53,223 bases of DNA from a virus (IMGVR_UViG_3300048550_000310:1-53223); one strand, 5' to 3'; positions 28,121-37,568 are shown, counted from the stretch's first letter. The notes: generated from the letters alone by a model not told the origin. Numbers and translations are program-made.

Positions 28121-30276
28121 GCGATTTGATCAATGAAACGGTTAAGGATAGTTTTGTTAGTCATTTTAGAACCCATGTGTTTTTTGAATGCACGACTAAG
28201 TTCTGCTTTAGTTGCAACTTCACCTTTTTGCTTTACCTCTAGATCTTGGGATGAAATACCCATTCCTTGATAAGGCATATAGAGAGATTCACTAAATCCT
28301 ACATTATCTTTGAGGGTAGCATATCTTTCTTTCTTCCACTGCTGATCTACAGCATCAACTCCTTTAGGTGAATATTCCCTAGCAAGACGAAGCATATCAC
28401 TTTTATTACAAATACGGATACCAATCCAATTGTAATCAGTAATCTCACGCATAAAAGAAACCAGTTCTTTTGTAGTGTGATAAGGAGATGCATCCATCCT
28501 ACGAGAGTATCCAGTATTTGAATCTCTCAAAATGTAAACGCGACCTTTATTGTGGCAGAGATACGAACCCCTAAACTCTTCATCGTTATAGGGACTCTGT
28601 TGAACATATCCAAGAGGGTTTGCTTCACCATCGGTCAAACAAACAACATTGACCTTAGTAATATTTTCAACCCTCTTCATGTTATCGACGATACTTCTAG
28701 TGCAATACATTGCTTCCGAGAGAGGAGTTCCCCCCAAACCGTATTTACCGTAGGTAGAAATCCGGTATCCTCCCATAGAAAATACATGAAGAAAGATGAG
28801 TTGCATAGATCTTTCCAATGACTTTGCATTTTGTTTTGATGAGAAAAACTCTAAAAGTTTGAAGTCATCATGCATATGCATATCAAATTCACGAAGATTC
28901 AATGATTCAATATCATCCTCAGAAAAATTTTTGTATCCAGCGCCAGATTGAAATGCCATGACACGGAATGGAATTCCTGCTTTCTTACAGAACCAAACAA
29001 GATTAAAAGTTTGTTTGATTGTATCCAGAAGAACATCTGCCATAGAACCAGACCAGTCAACAAACATTACCAATCCATGATTCTTCCCATCAGGAACAAG
29101 TGTAGTTTTTTTGAAGATGTCATCAGTTAGTCTATATTTAAACAACTTGTTCGTATCAATCACACCAGTCTTAGATGTTGCTGCTCTCTTATATTGTTCT
29201 GCAGACTTCTTCATTTCAAACTGTTTGACCAAATAGTTGACAGTTTTAGAGGAGTCTTTTTTATATTCCATATACTTATTGATTGCAAATTCAATATTGT
29301 TTCTATGATATTTTTTATCTAAATCGTCCGTATATTCACTTCGGAGTGGTCTATCATAATAGTAGTCCTGAAAATTGTCTTGGATTTCACGATAAGAAAC
29401 GATGATTTTCTTCAGATCCGGATTGGGCATATTCAAATATACCCATTCCTTAGCATTATCATCAATCATACTCTCCAACGCTTCAGCAAGTGCTTTTTCA
29501 GTAACACTTTCAGTCTCATTCAAATCATAACTAGGAACATCTAGATGTGCGGGATCATCTCCATATTGCTCCCGTTCCATAGGATTATCATCAGTAAACC
29601 AATCTTGTTCAACTCCCTCTTCGATATTTTCTTCTTCGGGACCAGCATCAGAAACAGGATTTACTTCATCAAGATCTTCTCCTGATGGAGAACCAGAAAG
29701 ATCATCCTTAGGCGTTGGCGCATCCATTTGATTATCTTTTTGTTCTTGAAGTTCTTGTGCATATTCATAAAGTTCACTAGCAAGATCAAGAACATCTTGG
29801 AATGTCTTAGTTTTAGATGCACGAGAAACCCATACAGTTTCAGCATCACTGAAGGGAACTTCTGGATTACCTTTAAAGTACAGATTGATGCGATCAATCA
29901 ACGGAAGATCTGCCATGTCCATATCACGAACACCAAAGAAGTCATCTTCCCACAATTCTTTGTAACCCTCAAAGAAAGATCTACGAAGACCAGGATAGGT
30001 CTGTTTCATCATGCGTTCAATACGAGCATCCTCTAGAACGTTCACAAAAGGTTTAGAGATGCCTTTAAGATCGTCTGAGGGTGTGTAGAGAGCATGTCCT
30101 ACTTCATGACCTACCAGAAGGTCATAGACGGTGCTAGAAGCACTCTTCCAGATAGGAAGGCAAAGAACACGCTTCTCAACATCAAAATATGCCGTACTAA
30201 CTTTACGATGCTCAACAGTCAGGTTCTCAGTTGCTAAGAGTTTAGCAAGAGTTCCTTTAACTTCCTGATTGATCAT
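28117..30276 (-). CDS. HExxH metallopeptidase-like + VWA domain protein (CobT-like partner of the MoxR ATPase)
   Basis: VGHEVGHALYT...NVLEDARIE; MIDAS DWSGS, GGTPL, LTDGE. Confidence 0.8.
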   Translation of the reverse strand: MINQEVKGTLAKLLATENLTVEHRKVSTAYFDVEKRVLCLPIWKSASSTVYDLLVGHEVGHALYTPSDDLKGISKPFVNVLEDARIERMMKQTYPGLRRSFFEGYKELWEDDFFGVRDMDMADLPLIDRINLYFKGNPEVPFSDAETVWVSRASKTKTFQDVLDLASELYEYAQELQEQKDNQMDAPTPKDDLSGSPSGEDLDEVNPVSDAGPEEENIEEGVEQDWFTDDNPMEREQYGDDPAHLDVPSYDLNETESVTEKALAEALESMIDDNAKEWVYLNMPNPDLKKIIVSYREIQDNFQDYYYDRPLRSEYTDDLDKKYHRNNIEFAINKYMEYKKDSSKTVNYLVKQFEMKKSAEQYKRAATSKTGVIDTNKLFKYRLTDDIFKKTTLVPDGKNHGLVMFVDWSGSMADVLLDTIKQTFNLVWFCKKAGIPFRVMAFQSGAGYKNFSEDDIESLNLREFDMHMHDDFKLLEFFSSKQNAKSLERSMQLIFLHVFSMGGYRISTYGKYGLGGTPLSEAMYCTRSIVDNMKRVENITKVNVVCLTDGEANPLGYVQQSPYNDEEFRGSYLCHNKGRVYILRDSNTGYSRRMDASPYHTTKELVSFMREITDYNWIGIRICNKSDMLRLAREYSPKGVDAVDQQWKKERYATLKDNVGFSESLYMPYQGMGISSQDLEVKQKGEVATKAELSRAFKKHMGSKMTNKTILNRFIDQIA

Positions 30277-30300
30277 GGGCGTTTTGTTTTGTATGAGTAC

Positions 30301-30344
30301 ATTCTAGCAGACCAAGACGCGAGTGGTCAAGCCGATGGACAGTT
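30301..30344 (-). promoter_or_regulatory. Putative early promoter AACTGTC-N28-TGCTAGAAT
   Basis: Third copy of the motif; contains TTGACC; GACCA-N9-TGGTC inverted repeat at 30310-30328. Confidence 0.65.
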
Positions 30345-32065
30345 TACGAATCGTCCGACATCTTCGAGAAGTCATTGATCTTTTCAAATTTAACTGTCCT
30401 TAAGAACTTATCTACCAGGATTTCTCCCTTGTGAGAAATAACAAAGACGTTAGTATTGTTTCCAAGACTACGAAGAATTTGAAGTAGTTCATTAGTACCA
30501 GACGTATCCAAAGAACTGTCAAACACTTCATCGAGTATGAGTAAGTTAGTGGCAACACTATTTTTCATTCTAGCAACTTCACGCCAGGTAAACAGCAGCG
30601 CAAGGTCAATTTTTTGTTTTTCACCTTCTGAGAATGAAGCATATGAAAACTCGTCCCTAAAACGACTTTTAATAACCTCATTAAATTCTTCATCAAGAGT
30701 AAAATTAACGAAGAAATCCATAGATTGAAGATATTTATTAATCAAACTGTTAAAGATAGGAACATATTTTTTAATAATCTGACTTTTGATGCCAGAGTCT
30801 CTAAGTAGATTAGATACTACTTGATATTCATCTAATGTTCGACTAACTTCAGCACAATCATCTTTCGTAATATTATAATCTTTCTGCAACGAAAACAAAT
30901 GCTCTTCCTCTTGATCGATATTAGGAGTGCTCTGCTGAAGTTTAGCAATCTCATCCTGAATACGGAGGTTCTCAAATTCAAGTCGAACATAATCACGATC
31001 AATTGAAGTAAGATTGGTAGTAAGTTCTTTCAACTTCATAGACTGTTCTGAAATTGCAAACACAATTGCTGATGCCTGTTCAATATCAGTATTAAATTGC
31101 ACAATCTCTTCAGCAACAACTTTACCTTTACTGGTATTTGCGCCAATCACTGCTGTCTTAAATTCCTTTTCAATCTGTTGAGAACAAGTAGGACATTCAT
31201 CATGATCTTTAAAGAACTTCAGTTCTTTTGCAATCAATTTCAATTCAGATTTTTTATCTGCTTGCCCTTGACGTAAAGTTGATAAAGTTTTTGCGGCAGA
31301 TTCATAATCACCCATAGAAGATTCAACATTCTTTATTGCATTTTCTACATTACATTTTTGTGTAGATGTATCTTGCATAAGAATAAGATTCTCATCATAC
31401 TTCTTCTGCTTTTCTTCTTGGCGATTTTGATTGACTTCTTTCAATTGACCCAGAAGTTTTTCTTGTGCAGAAACTCTCTGACTGTGCATCGTCAACATAT
31501 GATCACAGTCGCGACTCTGTGTCTGTGCATCACGAACACGATCCTTCAATAAAGAATTCATCGAGGAGAAGATGTTGATGTCAAGTAGATCTTCAATAAC
31601 TTCTCGTCTGTGAGCGGCAGCGAGCTGCATGAAGGGGACAAAAGTTGATGATCCAAGTATAACGACTTGAGTGAATGACTTGAAATTGAGTTTGAGCACT
31701 GACTGCTCCAAGTATTTCTGCGTGTCCTTAGTGGCAGCATCTTGGTCAACCAGTTTGTTATTCTTGTAAAGTTCAAAGACATTAGGTTTAATACCACGAA
31801 ATACACGATACTCATCTTTACCAATAGAGAAACAAACTTCTACTTTTGCACCCTTTTCATTAATTGAATTAACTAACTGACCTTTGTTAATTTTACGAAA
31901 TGGTTTATTAAATAAAACAAAACACAAGGCATCCAATAGAGTAGATTTCCCTGCTCCATTTTCACCAACAATAAGAGTCGAATTGTGAGACTGTAGATCT
32001 AACTCAGTCCACTGATCACCGGTTGAAAGAAAGTTCTTCCAACGAATACTTTCAAATAAAATCAT
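30344..32065 (-). CDS. g46: Recombination endonuclease subunit gp46 (Rad50/SbcC-like)
   Basis: GENGAGKS, CPTC zinc hook, FSEGEK signature, LILDEVFD. Confidence 0.95.
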   Translation of the reverse strand: MILFESIRWKNFLSTGDQWTELDLQSHNSTLIVGENGAGKSTLLDALCFVLFNKPFRKINKGQLVNSINEKGAKVEVCFSIGKDEYRVFRGIKPNVFELYKNNKLVDQDAATKDTQKYLEQSVLKLNFKSFTQVVILGSSTFVPFMQLAAAHRREVIEDLLDINIFSSMNSLLKDRVRDAQTQSRDCDHMLTMHSQRVSAQEKLLGQLKEVNQNRQEEKQKKYDENLILMQDTSTQKCNVENAIKNVESSMGDYESAAKTLSTLRQGQADKKSELKLIAKELKFFKDHDECPTCSQQIEKEFKTAVIGANTSKGKVVAEEIVQFNTDIEQASAIVFAISEQSMKLKELTTNLTSIDRDYVRLEFENLRIQDEIAKLQQSTPNIDQEEEHLFSLQKDYNITKDDCAEVSRTLDEYQVVSNLLRDSGIKSQIIKKYVPIFNSLINKYLQSMDFFVNFTLDEEFNEVIKSRFRDEFSYASFSEGEKQKIDLALLFTWREVARMKNSVATNLLILDEVFDSSLDTSGTNELLQILRSLGNNTNVFVISHKGEILVDKFLRTVKFEKINDFSKMSDDS

Positions 32066-32316
32066 ATGGGTGGAATAATAAAGTCGTTAGGGGAAATTAC
32101 AGTGAATTGATATCCAAACTTATTACAATTAATAGCAATAACATCAGGGTCTACTTCCATGACCTCTAATCTATCATCATATTCTGCTGCTTCTAATAAC
32201 ATCAAATACCTATCGGCATCATCTTTCTCTTCAAATACTTGAACAGTTTTTCTACCGGTAAAATTATTAATACCGGCATACACTCCTCCGGTAAGACGTT
32301 CTGTTAGAATAAACAT
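32062..32316 (-). CDS. DUF3110-like hypothetical protein
   Basis: 84 aa; FEEKDDADRYLMLLEA. Confidence 0.6.
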   Translation of the reverse strand: MFILTERLTGGVYAGINNFTGRKTVQVFEEKDDADRYLMLLEAAEYDDRLEVMEVDPDVIAINCNKFGYQFTVISPNDFIIPPI

Positions 32317-33348
32317 TTAAAGTTCCAGTGCTTCTGTGTACAAAGATCTTAGTGTTTGTTTAACATTATCTTTATTTACTTTTAGATCTATTTCATCTAT
32401 GTAGTTATCTAAAAGAGTTATGGTGTCTTCGGTCTCTACGACAGAACCATTCTCAATTTCCACACTAAGATCTTCAATAATCTTAAGGTCCGCAAGAGAC
32501 ATATCATGAAGTTCTTTGACCGAATAGTCAAACTTAGCATAGTCACCTTTGTCCTCAACGATTAGTTTGACAAACGCACCTTTTAATTCTTCTCCGTCTG
32601 GTAAAGTAACTCCATTATTATAATACAATTTATGAAAAATATCAAAGGGATTCCTATAAAAAGTAGTCTTGAGAGTGTCTGTATCAAAGACATGGAATCC
32701 TCTCTTACATCCATAATCATTCCAATATAACTGATAGGGGTTGCCAAGATATGTTACATTATCCTTCTTAGATTTCATGTGATAATGGCCACTAAAAACT
32801 CTTTTGAATTTTTTGAACAGTGACTTATCCATCCCATTCAACATTACATGACCAGGATGAGCCTCGAACCCATTAAGCTCAAGGTGACCCATAGCGACAG
32901 GAGCAGAACTTTCTGCAACAGTATTGAGGGATTGTTCTCGGTTCTCGTCACATATCCAAGGCAGAAGAAGTATAGAAAGGTTATCAAAAACAGCAGTGGT
33001 AGGTTCAGTGTAGATTCTGATGTTGTTGTATTCTCCCAATAATTCACTGGGGGCATTAACTCGTAGAGTGTTTTTGTAGTAGATGTCATGGTTACCTACC
33101 AACATATGCATTTGGACACCTCGTTCCATCAAAGGGTCAAACCACATCTGCTTCGCAGAATCAAGTGACATGAAATTAATAGATCGACGCTTATCAAAGG
33201 TATCACCTAATGCAATGACAGTATCAATTTGATGAGCATCAATAAAAGGTAACACTACCTCACCATAAAAACGTCGGTAGTGGTCTATAAAAAATACATT
33301 GTCATTACGGACTCCAAAGTGCTGATCAGTTATCAGAAGGATCTTCAT
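32317..33348 (-). CDS. g47: Recombination endonuclease subunit gp47 (Mre11/SbcD-like)
   Basis: TDQHFG, LGDTFD, VGNHD, SGHYH metallophosphoesterase motifs. Confidence 0.95.
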   Translation of the reverse strand: MKILLITDQHFGVRNDNVFFIDHYRRFYGEVVLPFIDAHQIDTVIALGDTFDKRRSINFMSLDSAKQMWFDPLMERGVQMHMLVGNHDIYYKNTLRVNAPSELLGEYNNIRIYTEPTTAVFDNLSILLLPWICDENREQSLNTVAESSAPVAMGHLELNGFEAHPGHVMLNGMDKSLFKKFKRVFSGHYHMKSKKDNVTYLGNPYQLYWNDYGCKRGFHVFDTDTLKTTFYRNPFDIFHKLYYNNGVTLPDGEELKGAFVKLIVEDKGDYAKFDYSVKELHDMSLADLKIIEDLSVEIENGSVVETEDTITLLDNYIDEIDLKVNKDNVKQTLRSLYTEALEL

Positions 33349-33881
33349 CGCTTAGAGTTCATTTCAAGACGGGACTTGATCTGATTATACCCCGTATCCG
33401 TGTCTCCGTCAACTGTAAAGACATGATTGTAACCTGATTTCTCAATGATCTTATCTTTGATATCCATCTGACGTTTCTCTTTTGCAATACGTCTTAGGAA
33501 AGCATAGTATACAATCTGTGTAAAATAAGCAAAGGGGTTTTTAGATTTTTCGGGATTGAAGTTATCAATATATTGAATACAATTTTCAATACCATCGCAA
33601 ATCATATCATCTTTATACATGTAGTTAATAAAGTTTGGACGATATGATAGGTGAGTTGCAATCTTAAGAAAACAACTTCCAATGTAGTTTCCTACTCTAG
33701 GTTTATTGGGACTCTTCCAATTTTTTAAAATAGTAAATTGTTCATCAGAATCTAGATCAGAAAACCCTTCGATCTCTTTTTCTGCTACTGTAAATACCCT
33801 TTGTTTGTACTTGACGATAGCCGCCAAAAACTCTTGGTTATCTACATAATGTTGTTTTTGTGTTTTTTTGACGGTTCGCAT
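33345..33881 (-). CDS. g55: Late-transcription sigma factor gp55
   Basis: HYVDN.EFL...NFINY.YKDDMI.DG.EN...NPFAYFTQI.YYAF.RRI.KEK. Confidence 0.95.
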   Translation of the reverse strand: MRTVKKTQKQHYVDNQEFLAAIVKYKQRVFTVAEKEIEGFSDLDSDEQFTILKNWKSPNKPRVGNYIGSCFLKIATHLSYRPNFINYMYKDDMICDGIENCIQYIDNFNPEKSKNPFAYFTQIVYYAFLRRIAKEKRQMDIKDKIIEKSGYNHVFTVDGDTDTGYNQIKSRLEMNSKR

Positions 33882-33903
33882 ATTCTGATATTGCTTTATT
33901 TAC

Positions 33904-33944
33904 ATTATAACACACTTGACAAGTATGTCAATCTTGTGTAGAAT
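33904..33944. promoter_or_regulatory. Overlapping divergent sigma70 promoters upstream of g55
   Basis: Minus strand TTGACA-N16-TATAAT (33931 to 33904); plus strand TTGACA-N17-TAGAAT (33916-33944). Confidence 0.75.
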
Positions 33945-33970
33945 AACCATGTCGGGGGTTCAGAGATATA

Positions 33971-34396
33971 TTAGCTCTTATATATTCTTTCAAATAACTT
34001 TCTAGCAGCATCAATCTTTCCTAGATATCCTGATGTTTTATCTGGATCTGTTTGAATACTTTTCTTTAATTTTTCAGAATCACCATCCGACATAATGTAT
34101 GCCTCATACATAACAATAACTTCTTTACTCATTGTAGAGATAGTCATGATATCCTTTTCTCGTAAGATAAAGAAATCATCATCAGACATTTGTTGCCACT
34201 TGGCGAACCCAATGCCGCGTGCCATTTTATGTTCATCAATTTCTTTGGTGACCATTTGAATAGCTACAGGTTCCTGAATGAATACAATAGTTTCATCATT
34301 ATCTTCGGTCAAAACTGCTTTGCCGAGAACTTCTTCTCCACTAACCAGTTTGAAGATTCCGTAAAATTCTTCGTCGTGTTTTGCGTAATTAATCAT
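33971..34396 (-). CDS. Conserved hypothetical protein between uvsW and g55, Sm-like beta pattern
   Basis: 141 aa; FYGIFKLVSGEEVLGK...GYLGKIDAARKLFERIYK. Confidence 0.75.
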   Translation of the reverse strand: MINYAKHDEEFYGIFKLVSGEEVLGKAVLTEDNDETIVFIQEPVAIQMVTKEIDEHKMARGIGFAKWQQMSDDDFFILREKDIMTISTMSKEVIVMYEAYIMSDGDSEKLKKSIQTDPDKTSGYLGKIDAARKLFERIYKS

Positions 34397-35864
34397 AAGC
34401 TTTTACTTTGACATCTATGATCTCATAATTAAATTTTTCTTGATTATAAATCTTGACTCTCTCCATTAGATGATTCAATGTGTAATTGTTTCCTCTGTCT
34501 GTAGAGATATCATCAGCAATATCATATAATGTTGCTTGTGATTTATTTTCGCCTTTCCTTAATACACGACCAATAGATTGTAGGTTGCGTACTCTGGACT
34601 TAGAAGGACTGGCAAAAATAACGTTATGTAATTTTTTTATATTGATTCCCGTAGAGAAGGTTCCGTATGAAGCAATGATAATTGAGTTGTCTGATTGTTC
34701 GGTTAACAATCTAATTCTTTCACGGTCTTCAACATCGACACCACCATGAACAAAATGAACCGGTCGGTCGGTATGACTATTTATCGATTCGTGAAGAGGT
34801 ACTCCGTGACGCTCTACATAGTTGAAGAGAACTAGCGTGTTCCCCTTTAAATCACATGCAAGATTGCGGATAAATTTATTCCTACCTTCATGTTCAATTA
34901 GATATTCAATCTCATTTTGATATCCTTCAAATAGCTTTTCCTCATGCTTTATCAGAACAATCTTTACTTTGAGTTTTGCAATATAACCTTGCTTCATCAA
35001 TTCATTAGTTCTAGTAACCTGAGAACATTTCCCAAACAAACCTTCTAATACAAGTTGATTGACATTTGCACCATCTAAAGTACCTGTAAATCCAATACGA
35101 TATTTACATTCATGCAACTTACCCATCAAAGAACTCAGAGATTTAGCTTTGAAAAGGTGCGCCTCGTCACCGATGACAACATCAAACCTGTCAAACCACT
35201 TACGCGGTTCCTTATAGATAGATTGCCAAGTGGTAATTACCACCTGATGGTCCGTGTATTTTTCCTGCCCACCGTATATCTTGTGGCAGTATTCGGACGC
35301 CACCCATCCGTATTCTTCAAAGTCCTTATACATCTGCTCGACAAGCGAAGTAGTTGGAACTACGATTAATACTTCTCTACCTACATTTACATGAAAGCGT
35401 ACCAATGAATAGATCATTAGAGACTTACCTGATGCTGTCGGTGATAGTAGCAATCGCCTATTGTATTTCAGTGCTTCGTATATTGCCTTATACTGATAAT
35501 CCCGAACCTTTAGTTGATGGGGCAATCGTAGGGACTTTACAAATCCAACTACAGACTCAGGAGTAATAAAACCATTATCCTCTAAAGGGTGACCAAAATA
35601 TTTACACTCTTCTATCCTATACCTATACTTTTTTTCTTCTGCCCAATCGAGAAGATAATCGATTAGACCACAATAAATCTCTCCTGTTGCTGGAGAGTAT
35701 AAACGTATCTTACCATCCCACCCTTTATATCGTCGGGTTTTCTGCATGAATTTAGCAGACTCCACCTCAAAGGTAAAAAAGTCTGCTAACTCATAATTTA
35801 ATCCTGGTTCTGCTTCAATTTTAAGATAAACTTCATTTTTCTTCCGGATGACAAGATCATACAT
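34389..35864 (-). CDS. uvsW: UvsW SF2 helicase
   Basis: SPTASGKS, GDEAH, TGT, QSIGRVLR. Confidence 0.95.
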   Translation of the reverse strand: MYDLVIRKKNEVYLKIEAEPGLNYELADFFTFEVESAKFMQKTRRYKGWDGKIRLYSPATGEIYCGLIDYLLDWAEEKKYRYRIEECKYFGHPLEDNGFITPESVVGFVKSLRLPHQLKVRDYQYKAIYEALKYNRRLLLSPTASGKSLMIYSLVRFHVNVGREVLIVVPTTSLVEQMYKDFEEYGWVASEYCHKIYGGQEKYTDHQVVITTWQSIYKEPRKWFDRFDVVIGDEAHLFKAKSLSSLMGKLHECKYRIGFTGTLDGANVNQLVLEGLFGKCSQVTRTNELMKQGYIAKLKVKIVLIKHEEKLFEGYQNEIEYLIEHEGRNKFIRNLACDLKGNTLVLFNYVERHGVPLHESINSHTDRPVHFVHGGVDVEDRERIRLLTEQSDNSIIIASYGTFSTGINIKKLHNVIFASPSKSRVRNLQSIGRVLRKGENKSQATLYDIADDISTDRGNNYTLNHLMERVKIYNQEKFNYEIIDVKVKAYD

Positions 35865-35867
35865 TAA

Positions 35868-36296
35868 TTACATACCAGATTGAAATCTCTTCCATTCGAT
35901 AGCGTTTTTAATATGATAAGTGCGGCTGTTAATCATCCGCAAAACGCCGTCCAAAAAGAAGAGAACCTGTTCTATGTAGTCGATTTTATATTGAATCTTT
36001 TGAACCTCCTCGTCCGCTTCAATGAACATGGAGATTTCATCCTTTGCTGTTAGTTTGTAATCAAAAGGCATTTGCTTATACACCGATGCTGGTGCTTTCC
36101 CTTTGTAATATAACCATTTATCTCTAAGCAATCTTTTCATTTCTAATTCCCTTTCCTTTTTCATAAGAGAATATGTATTATGAAACTCCATATATTTCAT
36201 ATGAAGTTGGGGAATTGCAATTGAGTCATTATCATGAAGATCATCATCCAGTTTGGAATCAGTCTTCCACATGTTTTGAAGGTTTTCTAGATTCAT
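35868..36296 (-). CDS. uvsY: UvsY recombination mediator
   Basis: IPQLHMKY...YYKGK...R.YHIKNAIEWKRF; adjacent to uvsW. Confidence 0.88.
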   Translation of the reverse strand: MNLENLQNMWKTDSKLDDDLHDNDSIAIPQLHMKYMEFHNTYSLMKKERELEMKRLLRDKWLYYKGKAPASVYKQMPFDYKLTAKDEISMFIEADEEVQKIQYKIDYIEQVLFFLDGVLRMINSRTYHIKNAIEWKRFQSGM

Positions 36297-36459
36297 AACG
36301 ATACTTAAGTGCTTGTAGGTGCCATGCTTGCGCTAAACTTTTGGGTCCATCCTGTAAGAGTATTCTCTCTTCGGGTGTAAGGACCCAATGATCAAGCATG
36401 TATTGTTTCCATTCAGGAATATCAGAGTTTTTCTGTTCTATTCGGTTTTCTGATTTCAT
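36259..36459 (-). CDS. Hypothetical protein
   Basis: LLQDGPKSLAQAWHLQALKY motif; start placed at ATG 36459. Confidence 0.55.
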   Translation of the reverse strand: MKSENRIEQKNSDIPEWKQYMLDHWVLTPEERILLQDGPKSLAQAWHLQALKYRYESRKPSKHVED

Positions 36460-36973
36460 AATAGTTGTACTTAAATGTTGCTGTGGCACGCATATACTCA
36501 TTATCCATCATACTAACATTGAACGTTAATGTACTCAAACTTACAGGAAATAAATCTTTAAATACAACATCAAAGTTATGAAGATTATTGTTATTCAATA
36601 CTTGTAATGTTGCATCACTAGTAAGGGGATTGTCTCTGGGTGCTCTACTCTTTTCAATTTCCCATATGGCGCGAGATTCAAATTCCGCTGGTGTACCTAC
36701 TGCCTCTAACCATTTGTAGATTTGCAGGTAATTTGTAAGGTCTTCGTCAATTAAAAATTCAACTTCAAGATCCATAAATTGTGCATTACCATCCAAACGC
36801 ATTGGAGCCATGCCCGGAGTTGGAATGTCAATTGACCCAACAGTAAGAGTTGGAATAGAAGTTGATTGGCACAAATATGAAATCTTTCGTGCCTTCTCCA
36901 AAACGAATAAAAATCCAATTGGAGATAAGTAATTTCTATTTTGTACTTGTGCTTCGTACCAATTCTCAGTCAT
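36422..36973 (-). CDS. g3: Tail tube terminator / tail completion protein gp3
   Basis: NRNYLSPIGF...FLIDEDL.NY.QIY.W...SDATL...F..LFPVSLS.L.F; position between g23 and uvsY. Confidence 0.85.
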   Translation of the reverse strand: MTENWYEAQVQNRNYLSPIGFLFVLEKARKISYLCQSTSIPTLTVGSIDIPTPGMAPMRLDGNAQFMDLEVEFLIDEDLTNYLQIYKWLEAVGTPAEFESRAIWEIEKSRAPRDNPLTSDATLQVLNNNNLHNFDVVFKDLFPVSLSTLTFNVSMMDNEYMRATATFKYNYYEIRKPNRTEKL

Positions 36974-37170
36974 TTCCTACCTCCAATTTCATCCCACATT
37001 TGCTGTACCATATCTACATGAGGTGGTGTTTCATAAGGTGGCGCTGGTTGTGATTGCCACTTGTCAATTGCTTCCTGTGTAGGCACCTCAATTCTGAAAG
37101 GAACGTTGTCCTCTTCAAACTCCTTATTCATATCAATATATGTTTGGGGAGTAATTTTAATTTCAGTCAC
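36970..37170 (-). CDS. Hypothetical protein
   Basis: GTG 37170 with GGAGG Shine-Dalgarno; 66 aa; ATGA-coupled to g3. Confidence 0.6.
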   Translation of the reverse strand: MTEIKITPQTYIDMNKEFEEDNVPFRIEVPTQEAIDKWQSQPAPPYETPPHVDMVQQMWDEIGGRK

Positions 37171-37477
37171 GTTGCCTCCAGTCATCAGGTTTGTCTTGGT
37201 GAAACCAACTCTTGATATCGTCAGCATCAGTAAATCCCCTTTTATGGTTGGATGGGTCGGGATCACCTAACCCCATCCTATTCAGAAAATCGTCTGTGCT
37301 GCCCTCTTCAATGTTTTGTGATGCTTGGCGTCTTGCCATTTTTAACATCTCATTAGCAGATGTATTTGCCTTAGCAAGTTTCTGCGCCCAGATCATATCA
37401 TCTAGTTTTACATCATCATTGTTTGCGATACGTTTACAAATAAATTCTAGTCGTAGTCTGTAATTTGTAGACAGCAT
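37163..37477 (-). CDS. Conserved cyanophage hypothetical protein
   Basis: MLSTNYRLRLEFICKRI...DMIWAQKL...DWRQRD; CTAAATA upstream at 37501-37507. Confidence 0.75.
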   Translation of the reverse strand: MLSTNYRLRLEFICKRIANNDDVKLDDMIWAQKLAKANTSANEMLKMARRQASQNIEEGSTDDFLNRMGLGDPDPSNHKRGFTDADDIKSWFHQDKPDDWRQRD

Positions 37478-37511
37478 AGACACTTACCTTTCACCTTAGA
37501 TATTTAGCTAT

Positions 37512-37536
37512 AAAAAAAGGGGGACCAAAGTCCCCC
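37512..37536 (-). terminator. Rho-independent terminator
   Basis: GGGGGAC-TTTG-GTCCCCC followed by T7. Confidence 0.85.
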
Positions 37537-37568
37537 AACACTTCCTTCACACGGTATATTTATTTATA
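37512..37568 (-). ncRNA. Candidate short RNA / 3'-UTR element with GUGUGAAGGAAGU motif
   Basis: TATAAATA (37561-37568), then the motif, then the terminator, with no ORF between. Confidence 0.35.
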
